Shown one piece after another: positions 50,091 through 59,561 of a DNA stretch of 64,000 nucleotides. Source of the DNA: Candidatus Nomurabacteria bacterium RIFCSPLOWO2_01_FULL_42_17 (lineage in GTDB: Bacteria > Patescibacteriota > Minisyncoccia > Phycocordibacterales > UBA9973); assembly GCA_001785985.1 (NCBI GenBank), contig MFVE01000005.1, forward strand, positions 16,556-80,555, given 5' to 3'. The position numbers and the translations under genes are program-made. A model generated the notes under the pieces. It was not told where the DNA came from and made no database searches. It worked only from the letters and a program-made list of their open reading frames with translations. Position 1 is the first letter of the stretch, and every line of letters begins with the position of its first letter.

Positions 50091-51359
50091 TTATACGGGG
50101 ACAGTGAAATAAAAAGTGCTCCCCTTGCCTTCGACACTCTCAAACCAAATCTTTCCGCCGTTTTTCTCAATGATAGTTTTGGCGATGTACAGACCAAGTC
50201 CTGAGCCATCGGTCTCTTGTTTTACCGCATTTCGAGCCCGGAAAAACTTTACAAAAACATCTTTCTCTTGATCTTTGGGTATGCCGATGCCACTATCGGA
50301 AATGGAAATAACCAAATGGTCCGTTTCCTTTTTCGCATCTATTTCAATTTTGCCTCCATCTATTGTATATTTAATCGCATTTTCCAGCAAGTTTTGCAGA
50401 ACTGCGCGCATGGTCTCTGGGTCAGCATATACCTTTCCTAGATTTTCAAACTTGCTTTTGTATGCAATGGAAATCTTGCGCTTAGAAGCGGTCGGGCTGA
50501 CTTCGAACAGAACATTGTCCATCAGATCAATAATATCAATATGTTTAAATCCATAATGAATTCGGCCAGACTGGATCCTGTCAGCGACCAACATGTCATT
50601 GACTAGGGTGATCATCCGGGTATTGCTCTCATAAGTTTTCATTAAAAAAGTTTTTTGCTCGTCATTCAGAGTCCCCAGATCGCCAGAGAGCAACATGGAG
50701 AGAGTCCATTTTATGCCAGAGAGAGGCGTTCGCAACTGGTGCGCGACGACAGATATGAAATCTGACTTTATTTTATCAAGCTCTTGGAGCTTTTCATTGG
50801 CTCTGGTTAACTCGAGATCCCTGCGGATGAGCAATCTGGCGCCTTTCTGCTGTTCAGTTAGAAGATTCTTCAGATCCTCCGTGCGTTCTTTGATTTTATT
50901 TTCAAGATCATTATTTAATTTTTGAAGCTCCTGCGTCTTTTGAAGCACCCGAGCCTCAAGTTCTTCTTTGGAAAGATACCCAATTCGATACCGCTCCAGA
51001 TAGCCCTCGGGTATATAAGATATTATCGTTGGACCAACCAGAGCGACTGAATATAACTTTTCTAGTTCTGTATAGATAGCCTCTAAGCGATTCTCGGTAA
51101 AATCAAAACCGAAAGATTTAGAAAGAACATCAATAATTCTTTTAACTACATCTTTAAAAAGATCGGGAGCAAAAGATGCTGGAAAAACGCTCCCAGTTTT
51201 TTTCGCAAAGAATCCTTTTTTTTCTACTTGCAAAAATATTTCTTTGATCGGCCTGTCTCCGACAATTTCCTCTATTCGAGAGGCATCAAAAAGATCAGAC
51301 AAACTGCGTATGAGAAGATTGGCAAATTTAAATATAATTTCTTGCTCTTTCTCAGTCAT
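50091..51359 (-). CDS. Cytoplasmic sensor histidine kinase
   Basis: VAHQLRTPL H-box, NLLENAIKY, DSGIGIP, GSGLGL, GKGSTF; no clear TM helix. Confidence 0.93.
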   Translation of the reverse strand: MTEKEQEIIFKFANLLIRSLSDLFDASRIEEIVGDRPIKEIFLQVEKKGFFAKKTGSVFPASFAPDLFKDVVKRIIDVLSKSFGFDFTENRLEAIYTELEKLYSVALVGPTIISYIPEGYLERYRIGYLSKEELEARVLQKTQELQKLNNDLENKIKERTEDLKNLLTEQQKGARLLIRRDLELTRANEKLQELDKIKSDFISVVAHQLRTPLSGIKWTLSMLLSGDLGTLNDEQKTFLMKTYESNTRMITLVNDMLVADRIQSGRIHYGFKHIDIIDLMDNVLFEVSPTASKRKISIAYKSKFENLGKVYADPETMRAVLQNLLENAIKYTIDGGKIEIDAKKETDHLVISISDSGIGIPKDQEKDVFVKFFRARNAVKQETDGSGLGLYIAKTIIEKNGGKIWFESVEGKGSTFYFTVPV

Positions 51360-51384
51360 ATTTCATATATTGTTATCTTGTCAA

Positions 51385-51717
51385 TCAATTAGCAACCAGC
51401 CCGGAAAGTTTGCGAGTAGAAATAACAAAGAAAATCATACCGACACTCATCAACAAGTGATGAATGTCAAGGGTTGCACCAGCAACGATATACATGTGCC
51501 CATAAAATGTTGACCAGATAATAGCGACAACATTGGCAGCCATTCCTAAATTGAAAAATCTGATAGCCGAAGAAAGTTTACCACCAAGAGATTTATTAAG
51601 GCGAAGAAGAGAATAAATAGCTACAATTCCTACAAGGATAGCGATAGTATCTAATACAGTTTGAAACTGTAGCACACCGGAAGCGACAGGAACCATCTCA
51701 TGAGTTGTTGGCATCAT
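51385..51717 (-). CDS. Small three-TM membrane protein in the signalling operon
   Basis: Three hydrophobic segments; lies between the FIST gene and the kinase. Confidence 0.6.
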   Translation of the reverse strand: MMPTTHEMVPVASGVLQFQTVLDTIAILVGIVAIYSLLRLNKSLGGKLSSAIRFFNLGMAANVVAIIWSTFYGHMYIVAGATLDIHHLLMSVGMIFFVISTRKLSGLVAN

Positions 51718-51747
51718 ATAAATATAAATTAACTAATAATAATTTTC

Positions 51748-52953
51748 TTAATCCGCTAAAACACAGATAACCACGGTTTCATTATGAAAAGCTGAATTGC
51801 ATTGCTCTATATTTTTGACCTCGCCTCCAAGTGGAGCTTGCTCGCCATAAGTATAAAAACCAATCAGAGGAACTTCTTTGCCGATCGCCTGCTGGATCGC
51901 ATTTATTTCGTCTCCGGACTTTTCGCCAAAAAGTTTATTGCGGGCTATGCAGTTGAAGATGATGACTGCTTTTGGAGCACTGCCTTCTAATTGCGCGACT
52001 GCATTTTCGGCGGCAATTTTTGCCACTTTCACCGCTTCTTCGCGACTGCCCACCATCAAACGGACTTCTGAACCTTCTGGGATTTCCGCGGCGCAAGTGA
52101 TCGATCCATGTTCATCCACCGTGATCGGGTCTCGAATCAATAATTCATCGCTGCCGGCTACCTTCATCCCGAGCGGATAGGTGATGGCCAGTTTTGCTAG
52201 CGCTTCGGTACGCATTATTTTTGCTTCTTCTCCAAAGTAATCCTCGTAGATCTTGACTGCTGGAGCGCCATTAATTTCATGAATAACCGCGCCCTCCGAT
52301 TTAGTAACTTTCATGGACTCTCCGACCGGAATCCATCCATGCTTGACTCCGATACCGATCTTGAAATTGCCAACCAGCCCGAGCCCCACGACTGCGCCGG
52401 AATACACTTTGTCATTGACATACTGATATGTCTTCTTAAAAGCAAAATCGTCTCCCGAAGCTCCGCCCACGACCGGAAAATGAGCGCCGAGAGAATCTAA
52501 CACCCCACGCACGATGTCCGCACCATTCCCGACCAGTACGTCAGGCATCATCATGAAAGCCTTGAGAGAATCACCAGCTTGCTCTTTTACTTTGTCAGCA
52601 GCCATCTTTCCAGCCAACCTCGGATTCGCTAAAATATTTTCTCCGACGCCGACAAAATATTTTATTTCCGGAGATTTTATCGCCATGATAGCGACAGAAT
52701 GTTCTTTCATCGGGCCAGCAGTCGTGATCTCTCCGGAAGTCGAAGAGCCAACAAGTAGCGCCTCTTTTGCTACTGATCGCACGCCATCGATCACCTTCTG
52801 TTGATCATATTTAACCGAAGAAAAAACAATCAATAAATCTGGATTCTTGTCACCCAGCTGATCTATCGCATCTTGGCAGGCATTCACGCCGACTGCATAA
52901 GAATCGTCTCCGTATGCCATTCCCACACTCGCCTTCATTCCTTTTGTTTCCAT
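51748..52953 (-). CDS. FIST N/C domain sensory protein
   Basis: GSSTSGEI, VVGGASGD, HGWIPVG, INGAPA, CIAR, GFYTYGEQ, FHNETVV. Confidence 0.88.
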   Translation of the reverse strand: METKGMKASVGMAYGDDSYAVGVNACQDAIDQLGDKNPDLLIVFSSVKYDQQKVIDGVRSVAKEALLVGSSTSGEITTAGPMKEHSVAIMAIKSPEIKYFVGVGENILANPRLAGKMAADKVKEQAGDSLKAFMMMPDVLVGNGADIVRGVLDSLGAHFPVVGGASGDDFAFKKTYQYVNDKVYSGAVVGLGLVGNFKIGIGVKHGWIPVGESMKVTKSEGAVIHEINGAPAVKIYEDYFGEEAKIMRTEALAKLAITYPLGMKVAGSDELLIRDPITVDEHGSITCAAEIPEGSEVRLMVGSREEAVKVAKIAAENAVAQLEGSAPKAVIIFNCIARNKLFGEKSGDEINAIQQAIGKEVPLIGFYTYGEQAPLGGEVKNIEQCNSAFHNETVVICVLAD

Positions 52954-53057
52954 CCCGTTAGAAATCATACCATCTGTACAAATATTGCTATGTATAAAGA
53001 CAGTTAATTATTGTTAATTTTATAATATTATCCCGTTCTGTAAATTTCTAACGGGAT
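52952..53057. mobile_element. MITE-like TCCCGTTAGA element abutting the FIST start codon
   Basis: ATCCCGTTAGAAAT...ATTTCTAACGGGAT 14-bp inverted ends. Confidence 0.65.
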
Positions 53058-53121
53058 CCATAAAAAAATTGATTATCTGATAACAGCATTTATTATACCA
53101 ACTGATAGTAAATAGCGCTAG

Positions 53122-53208
53122 CGGATGAGGTGAGATTCGAACTCACGGTCCTTTTTAGGGGACGGCGGTTTAGTAAACCGCTACCTTAAGCCACTCGGTC
53201 ACTCATCC
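53122..53208 (-). tRNA. tRNA-Ser(ACT), A34 anticodon
   Basis: Acceptor GGATGAG/CTCATCC, G73, arm GCGGT-TTACTAA-ACCGC, long variable arm, GTTCGAATC. Confidence 0.85.
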
Positions 53209-53298
53209 TGAACACAGAAAAGTATAGCAATAAAAATTGGAAAATAGCAAAAATATGCAAAAATATGCTAGAGTAATTGAGTTTCAGGATATTTTAAA

Positions 53299-53387
53299 GG
53301 AGCCGTGTTGGAGTGGTCTATCAAGCATCTTTGCTAAAGATGTAGGGGCTTTAAAACCCCTCGAGGGTTCGAATCCCTCCGGCTCCG
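53299..53387 (+). tRNA. tRNA-Ser(GCT)
   Basis: Acceptor GGAGCCG/CGGCTCC, arm CATCT-TTGCTAA-AGATG, long variable arm, GGTTCGAATCC. Confidence 0.93.
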
Positions 53388-53392
53388 CCTTT

Positions 53393-53644
53393 TTAATTTT
53401 TACGATGTTTTTTCTTTCTCCTGAAAAGAAAATTAAAGATCACACTATGTCTGACCTCTTCCAGCATTTCTTTGGTAGTGTCTCCGATGCTGTCAATATC
53501 CTTTTCTACCTTGCGCATAATCTCAGATAAAACATTGGTGGCGCGAATAAGGTAAAACAAAAATATAAAGGCCATGATTCCCAAGACGACGAAGCCGACG
53601 GAAGAAATAAAAAAGAAAATTTGTGATTCTATAATTGCATCCAT
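53393..53644 (-). CDS. Small membrane protein with coiled-coil tail
   Basis: One TM helix plus basic C-terminus; TGATACAAT 7 nt upstream. Confidence 0.65.
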   Translation of the reverse strand: MDAIIESQIFFFISSVGFVVLGIMAFIFLFYLIRATNVLSEIMRKVEKDIDSIGDTTKEMLEEVRHSVIFNFLFRRKKKHRKN

Positions 53645-53754
53645 AATTCATATTGTATCATATTAGTTATATATAGGATACTATATATCAACGGCATTCG
53701 GATATTAAATAAGTAAACTTATTCATACTCCTCATTTGTTGCTATAATTCACAA

Positions 53755-55965
53755 ATGGAACTGCACGACAAACTAGAGGTGAAATTCCGTCTAGATCCAA
53801 TCCAAAGAAGAGCTCTCTCGAAGCTCAAGCTCTTTTCAGTTGCTGATTTGCTTTTTCACTTCCCTATTCGCTACAGCGACATCAGTGAGGTAAAAAAGAT
53901 TACCGAACTAACCCCGGGAGACATGGCGACGGTATATGGAAAAGTCTCAAAATTAAAAACCAAAAAAAGTTTTCGCTCAAGAATTCCTATGGCTGAGGGC
54001 GAAATTGCGGACTTGTCCGGTAAAATAAAAATAATTTGGTTCAACCAAGCCTATTTAGCCAAGATGCTCCACGACGGAGATAATGTGAAATTAACGGGCA
54101 AAGTAACAGCAAGTAAGAATGGTGCCTATCTGGCCAATCCAGAATTTGAAAAGATGAAAAATATGCCGATAGATTCGCACGATAGTCTTTTTACACCCTC
54201 ACCCCGGCCCTCTCCCGAAGGGAGAGGGAGTCGGGAGACGACTGGATTATCCTATCCTATCTACGCTGAAACTCGCGGAATAACTAGCAAGTGGTTTTAT
54301 CATGCAATAGAAAAAATACTAAGAGAAAAAACTTTGGATAATATTACAGACTATATACCCGGCGATATTTTAAAAAAATACAGTTTACCAACTCTGAAAA
54401 CCGCGCTGATCTGGATTCATAAGCCAAAAAATGCCAAGGACGCGCAGTCGGCGCGCAAAAGATTCGCCTTCGAAGAAGTTTTCTGCATTCAGCTCGAGCG
54501 CCAACATGACAAGTTTGAGTACAGAAAAAATAAATCTTTCCAAGTAAAAACTTCTGAGAAAAATGTGGCGGATTTTTTAAAACGCTTTCCCTTTGAACCC
54601 ACAAATTCTCAGAAAAAATCGATTGAAATAATCTTGGGAGATATGGCAAAAACTTTCCCAATGTCTCGACTATTGGAGGGCGACGTCGGAAGTGGAAAAA
54701 CTGCGGTGGCTGCCACCGCTAGTTATGTGACAGTGCAAGAACGTCCGAGTGGGCAAAATTTTGGCAATTTGCAAGTTGCCTATATGGCACCGACGGAAAT
54801 TTTAGCAACTCAGCATTTTGAATCTTTTATCGAATATTTCAAACACTTACCGATAAATATCGGACTCATCACTGGGTCTGGTTGTAGAAAATTCCCCTCC
54901 AAAACTCAGGTGTACGGCCCCGCCGGAGGCGGGGTAAACTGGACGACAATCTCGCGAGCACAACTTTTGAAATGGGTAGCTAATGGAGAAATACCTATTC
55001 TCATAGGCACGCACGCACTGATTCAGAAAACGGTTAAATTTAAAAACTTGGCTCTGGTCGTGATAGATGAACAACACAGATTCGGCACAGCCCAAAGAAG
55101 AAAACTGGTTCGCAAAGACAACGTTGCTCCGCATTTGCTCTCGATGACGGCCACCCCTATCCCCCGCACGCTCGCACTCACTATTTATGGAGACCTCGAC
55201 CTCTCACTCCTCGATGAAATGCCCGCCGGCAGAAAAGAAATAATTACAGAAATTATAACGCCAAATAAACGCGAAGAAACCTATGAAAAAATAAAAAAAG
55301 AATTAAAAGACGGCAGACAGCTCTATGTGATTTGCCCGAGAATTTTCGAGCCAAATCCAGAAAAAGAATTAGCGCTCAATGTAAAATCTGCAGTAGAAGA
55401 AGCTAAAAGATTAAAAAAAGGGGTTTTCAAAGAATATGAAATAGGCGTACTCCACAGCAAGATGAGCAAAGAGAAAAAAGAAGAAGTAATGGAAGATTTC
55501 GTTTCCGGTAAAATAAATATTTTGTGCGCGACATCAGTGGTGGAAGTAGGAGTAAATGTGCCAAACGCCACTGTAATAATAATAGAGGGCGCGGAGCGGT
55601 TCGGCTTGGCGCAACTCCACCAGCTTCGTGGACGCGTAATCAGAAGTACACATCAAGCTTACTGCTTTATTTTTGCAGACGCTAAAAGCGACAAGACCAT
55701 AGCTAGATTGAAAGCCTTAAAAACTGCAAAAAATGGTTTTGAACTTGCAGAATTAGACCTGACTCTCCGCGGCGCGGGCGAACTCGGAGGAACCAAACAA
55801 TGGGGCATCACCGACCTCGGAATGGAAGCGATAAAAAATATAAAAATGGTCGAAGCCGCCCGCACGGAAGCGATTCGCCTAATAGAAACCGACCCCGAAC
55901 TTTCTAAGTATCCGTTATTAAAATCTAAGGTAAAAACTAAGGCAGGAGAATTCCACTTTGAGTAA
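53755..55965 (+). CDS. recG: ATP-dependent DNA helicase RecG
   Basis: DLLFHFPIRY, RLLEGDVGSGKT, MAPTEILATQH, DEQHRFG, MTATPIPRTL, QLHQLRGRVIR, DLTLRGAGE. Confidence 0.97.
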   Translation: MELHDKLEVKFRLDPIQRRALSKLKLFSVADLLFHFPIRYSDISEVKKITELTPGDMATVYGKVSKLKTKKSFRSRIPMAEGEIADLSGKIKIIWFNQAYLAKMLHDGDNVKLTGKVTASKNGAYLANPEFEKMKNMPIDSHDSLFTPSPRPSPEGRGSRETTGLSYPIYAETRGITSKWFYHAIEKILREKTLDNITDYIPGDILKKYSLPTLKTALIWIHKPKNAKDAQSARKRFAFEEVFCIQLERQHDKFEYRKNKSFQVKTSEKNVADFLKRFPFEPTNSQKKSIEIILGDMAKTFPMSRLLEGDVGSGKTAVAATASYVTVQERPSGQNFGNLQVAYMAPTEILATQHFESFIEYFKHLPINIGLITGSGCRKFPSKTQVYGPAGGGVNWTTISRAQLLKWVANGEIPILIGTHALIQKTVKFKNLALVVIDEQHRFGTAQRRKLVRKDNVAPHLLSMTATPIPRTLALTIYGDLDLSLLDEMPAGRKEIITEIITPNKREETYEKIKKELKDGRQLYVICPRIFEPNPEKELALNVKSAVEEAKRLKKGVFKEYEIGVLHSKMSKEKKEEVMEDFVSGKINILCATSVVEVGVNVPNATVIIIEGAERFGLAQLHQLRGRVIRSTHQAYCFIFADAKSDKTIARLKALKTAKNGFELAELDLTLRGAGELGGTKQWGITDLGMEAIKNIKMVEAARTEAIRLIETDPELSKYPLLKSKVKTKAGEFHFE
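54196..54228 (+). repeat. BoxC-like element in frame in recG
   Basis: CCCTCACCCCGGCCCTCTCCC GAA GGGAGAGGG encodes PSPRPSPEGRG. Confidence 0.8.
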
Positions 55966-56073
55966 AAAGCCGCCTGCCCGCAATGCTAAAGCATAGCTTT
56001 TGCAGGCGGGGGAATTCCATTTTGAATGATGTTATCACTTTGAGACAGCCGTCAATTTTGATAACATTAATAT
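55948..56073 (+). repeat. Left direct repeat: recG 3' end, 38-nt palindrome, second EFHFE-stop
   Basis: Similar to 58927-59058; palindrome 55973-56010 is identical to 58951-58988. Confidence 0.85.
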
Positions 56074-56095
56074 TTGTTAATAACAGGTGCAAGCG

Positions 56096-57700
56096 CTATT
56101 CCTCTATCAGCCCTAACTTTACAAGTCTAGAACGAATCCCGCCGACTTGGCGACCAGTCTGCACAGAAATATTTTTTAGGGACTTTCCACTTTTAAACGC
56201 TTGCGCGACTTCTGTTTCTTCGATCTGCGTCCATTTTTTATAAGCATTTTGATGCTTCTCGCGGATTTGTTCTAGCCGACCAATTGCTGGCGCTTCTTTG
56301 ATTAAAGAACTTGTTTCAGGTTTCCATTTTCCACCCAAGGTGATGATAAAATTCTTTCGCATTTTTTCGTTATCTTCGGAGGAAATTCTCGCAAATACTT
56401 CGCAGGCTTGTTTCGACCCTTCTCGAAAAGCAACATCTTTTTCTAAAATCTGCGGATGAACTTTAAAAGCGCGCTCATTTATACCCAAAAGATAGAGACC
56501 CGACAAACGCCGCACCCGAGATAGCGCCACATATCCCTGCCCAAATTCAAACACTTCTGAAAGATCCATCACCGCGGCATCCATACTCATCCCCTGACTC
56601 TTGTGCACTGTGATGGCCCACGCCAGGCGCAATGGAACTTGGGTAATCTTCGCTTTGATTTTTCCATTTTCTTCAACACTCCAATCCATCGGCGCTACAG
56701 TTATATTTCTCCCATTTTTTGTTTTAATAATCGGGTATCCAGTAAATTGTTCAAACTCTATCACTGTCCCTAGTGTCCCATTCACAAATCTTTCTTTCGG
56801 GTTGTTTTTGGTGCACATCACCACGGCGCCCACTTTGAGTTCTAAATCCTCTGGAGAAAGACATCCCCTCTTGAGCGCCGAGATGATTGCTTCCCCACCG
56901 CTCGCAGTCATTAGAAAATGCTTTGATTCCATTTCTATTTTTCCGAGCATTCCCCCATTCACCTGATCCACATTAACATTATGCGAAAAAAGTTTCGGTA
57001 TATTTTCGGGAAAATCCATAGAGACGCTCATGCGCGAATGTATCTGATCAAGATGCGGCTTCTCCATACTACCGCGACGAATAGCGGACAAAACTGAAAG
57101 AAAATCCGCATCATCCTGTCTATGTTGCTCGGTGAGATAGCAGACAACAGGCGAGAGCCTCCGCCAAACATCCGAATCAAAAGCAAAACGCGTTTTATCT
57201 CTTATTCCCTTTGTTTCTTGTTTGATTAAACTTTGTTGCGCGCTTTTTTCATATAATCTTTTTTCTATGGGCGGAAGCTGAAAAAAGTCTCCAACTAAAA
57301 TAACCTGTAGGCCACCAAAAGGCAGGGCGCTCTGCTTGATCTCTCGGCAAACTGCATCAATCATCAATAGAGTTTCGGCTCGAAGCATTGACACCTCATC
57401 GATGATGAGGACGCGAGTTTTACCAATGCGTCTGTTGAGATATTCACTGCTCCCTATTTTATCTAAATCATATTTCGTCAGAGTTTCTTTTATGCCTATT
57501 CCGCTCCAAGAGTGTATGGTCATGCCACCGATATGAGTCGCCGCGATGCCAGTCGAAGCAGTGATAGCCGGCTCTATATCGCGAGCGCGCAAATATGAAA
57601 CAAATTGATTGATAGTATAAGTCTTGCCAGCGCCCGGTTCACCCGTCAGGAAAACATTCGCCCCGGTTTTTAGTATAGCCAACGCTTCATTTTGAGTCAT
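56096..57700 (-). CDS. PIF1-family helicase with C-terminal HTH-like domain
   Basis: FLTGEPGAGKT, TASTGIAA, IIDEVSM, PFGG, GDFFQLPP, QHRQ, PLRLAWAITVHKSQGMS, YVALSR. Confidence 0.92.
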   Translation of the reverse strand: MTQNEALAILKTGANVFLTGEPGAGKTYTINQFVSYLRARDIEPAITASTGIAATHIGGMTIHSWSGIGIKETLTKYDLDKIGSSEYLNRRIGKTRVLIIDEVSMLRAETLLMIDAVCREIKQSALPFGGLQVILVGDFFQLPPIEKRLYEKSAQQSLIKQETKGIRDKTRFAFDSDVWRRLSPVVCYLTEQHRQDDADFLSVLSAIRRGSMEKPHLDQIHSRMSVSMDFPENIPKLFSHNVNVDQVNGGMLGKIEMESKHFLMTASGGEAIISALKRGCLSPEDLELKVGAVVMCTKNNPKERFVNGTLGTVIEFEQFTGYPIIKTKNGRNITVAPMDWSVEENGKIKAKITQVPLRLAWAITVHKSQGMSMDAAVMDLSEVFEFGQGYVALSRVRRLSGLYLLGINERAFKVHPQILEKDVAFREGSKQACEVFARISSEDNEKMRKNFIITLGGKWKPETSSLIKEAPAIGRLEQIREKHQNAYKKWTQIEETEVAQAFKSGKSLKNISVQTGRQVGGIRSRLVKLGLIEE

Positions 57701-58043
57701 GATTTTTTCTTAAACTAGATAAATATTCTTTTATTCTTTCTCTATCTTCATTTTCTTTATCGCCCTTAAAGTATATTTCAATATACATAAATTCAAATCT
57801 ATCATTGTGATAGGCGTAAATAATCCTAATATTTCTATTTCTCAAAGACTTACATAGTATACGCGCTTTTACTATCTTAACATTTTCATCACTATACATT
57901 GTTACAAAATTCTTGCCGAAACCTGTCGGATTTTCAAAAATAAAACGCTCAAATATTTTAATATCGTCATTTAAACTTCTAAATTTCTTAAGAAGCTGAT
58001 CAAACTCTTTTTTAAACTCGGGCAAGTAGTTAGAGTGGTTCAT
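57687..58043 (-). CDS. RelE/ParE-like toxin (putative)
   Basis: PEFKKEFDQLLKKFRSL...KAR...RIIYAY...IEIYFKGDKEN; overlaps the upstream antitoxin-like gene. Confidence 0.6.
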   Translation of the reverse strand: MNHSNYLPEFKKEFDQLLKKFRSLNDDIKIFERFIFENPTGFGKNFVTMYSDENVKIVKARILCKSLRNRNIRIIYAYHNDRFEFMYIEIYFKGDKENEDRERIKEYLSSLRKNHDSK

Positions 58044-58821
58044 ATTCTCCCACAGAAGTTTCTTCTGGTCGATAAAAAGCAAACTCGTATTCCAATTGTT
58101 CTTTATCTTTTGCTATTTTCCAAGGAGTATCTATGTGCGATAATTCAGATATCTTTTTCGCTGTCATATCAGACAACCTATCAAGCTCCCAATCAATATG
58201 GGCAAGCTCCTGCGCTGACAAAGCTGAAAGATCAATACCAATATTGGGATTTATTAAATACTTCGTCTGGTCATATTGATAAAACTTACTTTTTATAGCT
58301 TCAACTTTACCATCATCCTCTAACTCTTTTATTATTTTAGAAAAAATCACTGGCGTAGGGCCATGAGTATTTTTGATATAACGTGCGCCTATTAACTGTT
58401 CATCAAATTTCTCATAATAATCAAAATCAATAAAATATAACAATTTATAAAGCACGGTCTGGCCAATGTTTGGCTTACCTCCTACTTTTGCAAGAATATA
58501 TAAAAGCACTTGTTTAAATTTTTCTACTCTCTCTTGTGGAACTGAAATACGGTCTGCTACTTTAGGGTTGATTTTTTTTATCTTCTTATCTTTTTTGAAA
58601 ATAACTTCAGGTGTAGAAACTTTGCCATTTTGAATATCTATAATAGAAATATCAAAAATACTACTCAACTCATCAGCTTCTTTCAAAGCAAGCTCTCTTT
58701 TCCCCTGTTCAAAGGCAATATATGAAGAACGGGAAATTCCCAACTTTTTTGCGATTTCCAACTGAGAAAAACCTCTCTCTATGCGAAGTGATTTAATAAA
58801 TGCAAAATATTTATTAGACAT
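58030..58821 (-). CDS. XRE-HTH plus DUF4065 (Panacea/SocA-like) antitoxin
   Basis: LRIERGFSQLEIAKKLGISRSSYIAFEQG; LYKLLYFIDF, YIKNTHGPTP, ISELSH.DTPW. Confidence 0.8.
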   Translation of the reverse strand: MSNKYFAFIKSLRIERGFSQLEIAKKLGISRSSYIAFEQGKRELALKEADELSSIFDISIIDIQNGKVSTPEVIFKKDKKIKKINPKVADRISVPQERVEKFKQVLLYILAKVGGKPNIGQTVLYKLLYFIDFDYYEKFDEQLIGARYIKNTHGPTPVIFSKIIKELEDDGKVEAIKSKFYQYDQTKYLINPNIGIDLSALSAQELAHIDWELDRLSDMTAKKISELSHIDTPWKIAKDKEQLEYEFAFYRPEETSVGEYEPL

Positions 58822-58890
58822 ACCTTAATGTTATTCTAACAATGTCAGAAAGTCAAGCTTGCATGTGTATAACTATTTGACATCTTAATT

Positions 58891-59058
58891 CCCCTACTCA
58901 AACAAAAAGTTAAATCAAAAGTTTCTGAATTCCACTTTGAATAAAAGCTGCCTGCCCGCAATGCTAAAGCATAGCTTTTGCAGGCGGGGAGAATTTCATT
59001 TTGAGTAATTGTAATGTTTTTACTACACTGACGGCCGTTAGTTTGGTAAACATTAATA
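58891..59058 (+). repeat. Right direct repeat: orphan diverged recG 3' end, palindrome, EFHFE-stop
   Basis: 58891-58944 translates PLLKQKVKSKVSEFHFE-stop versus RecG PLLKSKVKTKAGEFHFE-stop. Confidence 0.85.
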
Positions 59059-59059
59059 A

Positions 59060-59551
59060 TTAGCTTTGATATTTAGGTAGATTTTCTAAAACCATAACTA
59101 CACGAGGTGTACCGTTACCAAAGTAGTTTTCCTTTCGCTCTGTAATTTTGAACCCAAAAGATTCATACAACTTAACCGCCGCTTTATTCTCCGGGTGGGT
59201 CACAAGCCAAATCTTTGAAGCATCCGAGACTTTAGAAAGGAACTGCTTCATGGCTTCCTTGCCTAAACCTTTGCCTTGAAAATCTGGATCAATACCCAGC
59301 ACATTAAGATAAACCACATTGTCCTCCTGCTTTTCATACTGAATCTGCCCGACAATCTTATCCCCAATTTTTACCATATAAAAAAACTTGTTACCTCCGG
59401 AAATTTGTTCTTTGGTGGTTTCGGGCCAATAAGTCGATCCAGCGAGTTTTTGTTCTAAAGCAAAAAAGGTTTCAAGATCTGCTTCAGTACCCTCTACTAG
59501 AGTAATCGGTTCTAATTCCTGTGGATTGTTTTGCTTACTTAAATTTTCCAT
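59060..59551 (-). CDS. GNAT-family acetyltransferase
   Basis: LGIDPDFQGKGLG, NKAAVKLYESFGF, NYF. Confidence 0.9.
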   Translation of the reverse strand: MENLSKQNNPQELEPITLVEGTEADLETFFALEQKLAGSTYWPETTKEQISGGNKFFYMVKIGDKIVGQIQYEKQEDNVVYLNVLGIDPDFQGKGLGKEAMKQFLSKVSDASKIWLVTHPENKAAVKLYESFGFKITERKENYFGNGTPRVVMVLENLPKYQS

Positions 59552-59561
59552 ATATTTGGTG

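Noticed and set aside
53237-53530. 97-aa plus-strand ORF
   Set aside because: It runs through tRNA-Ser(GCT) and is antisense to a better-supported gene.
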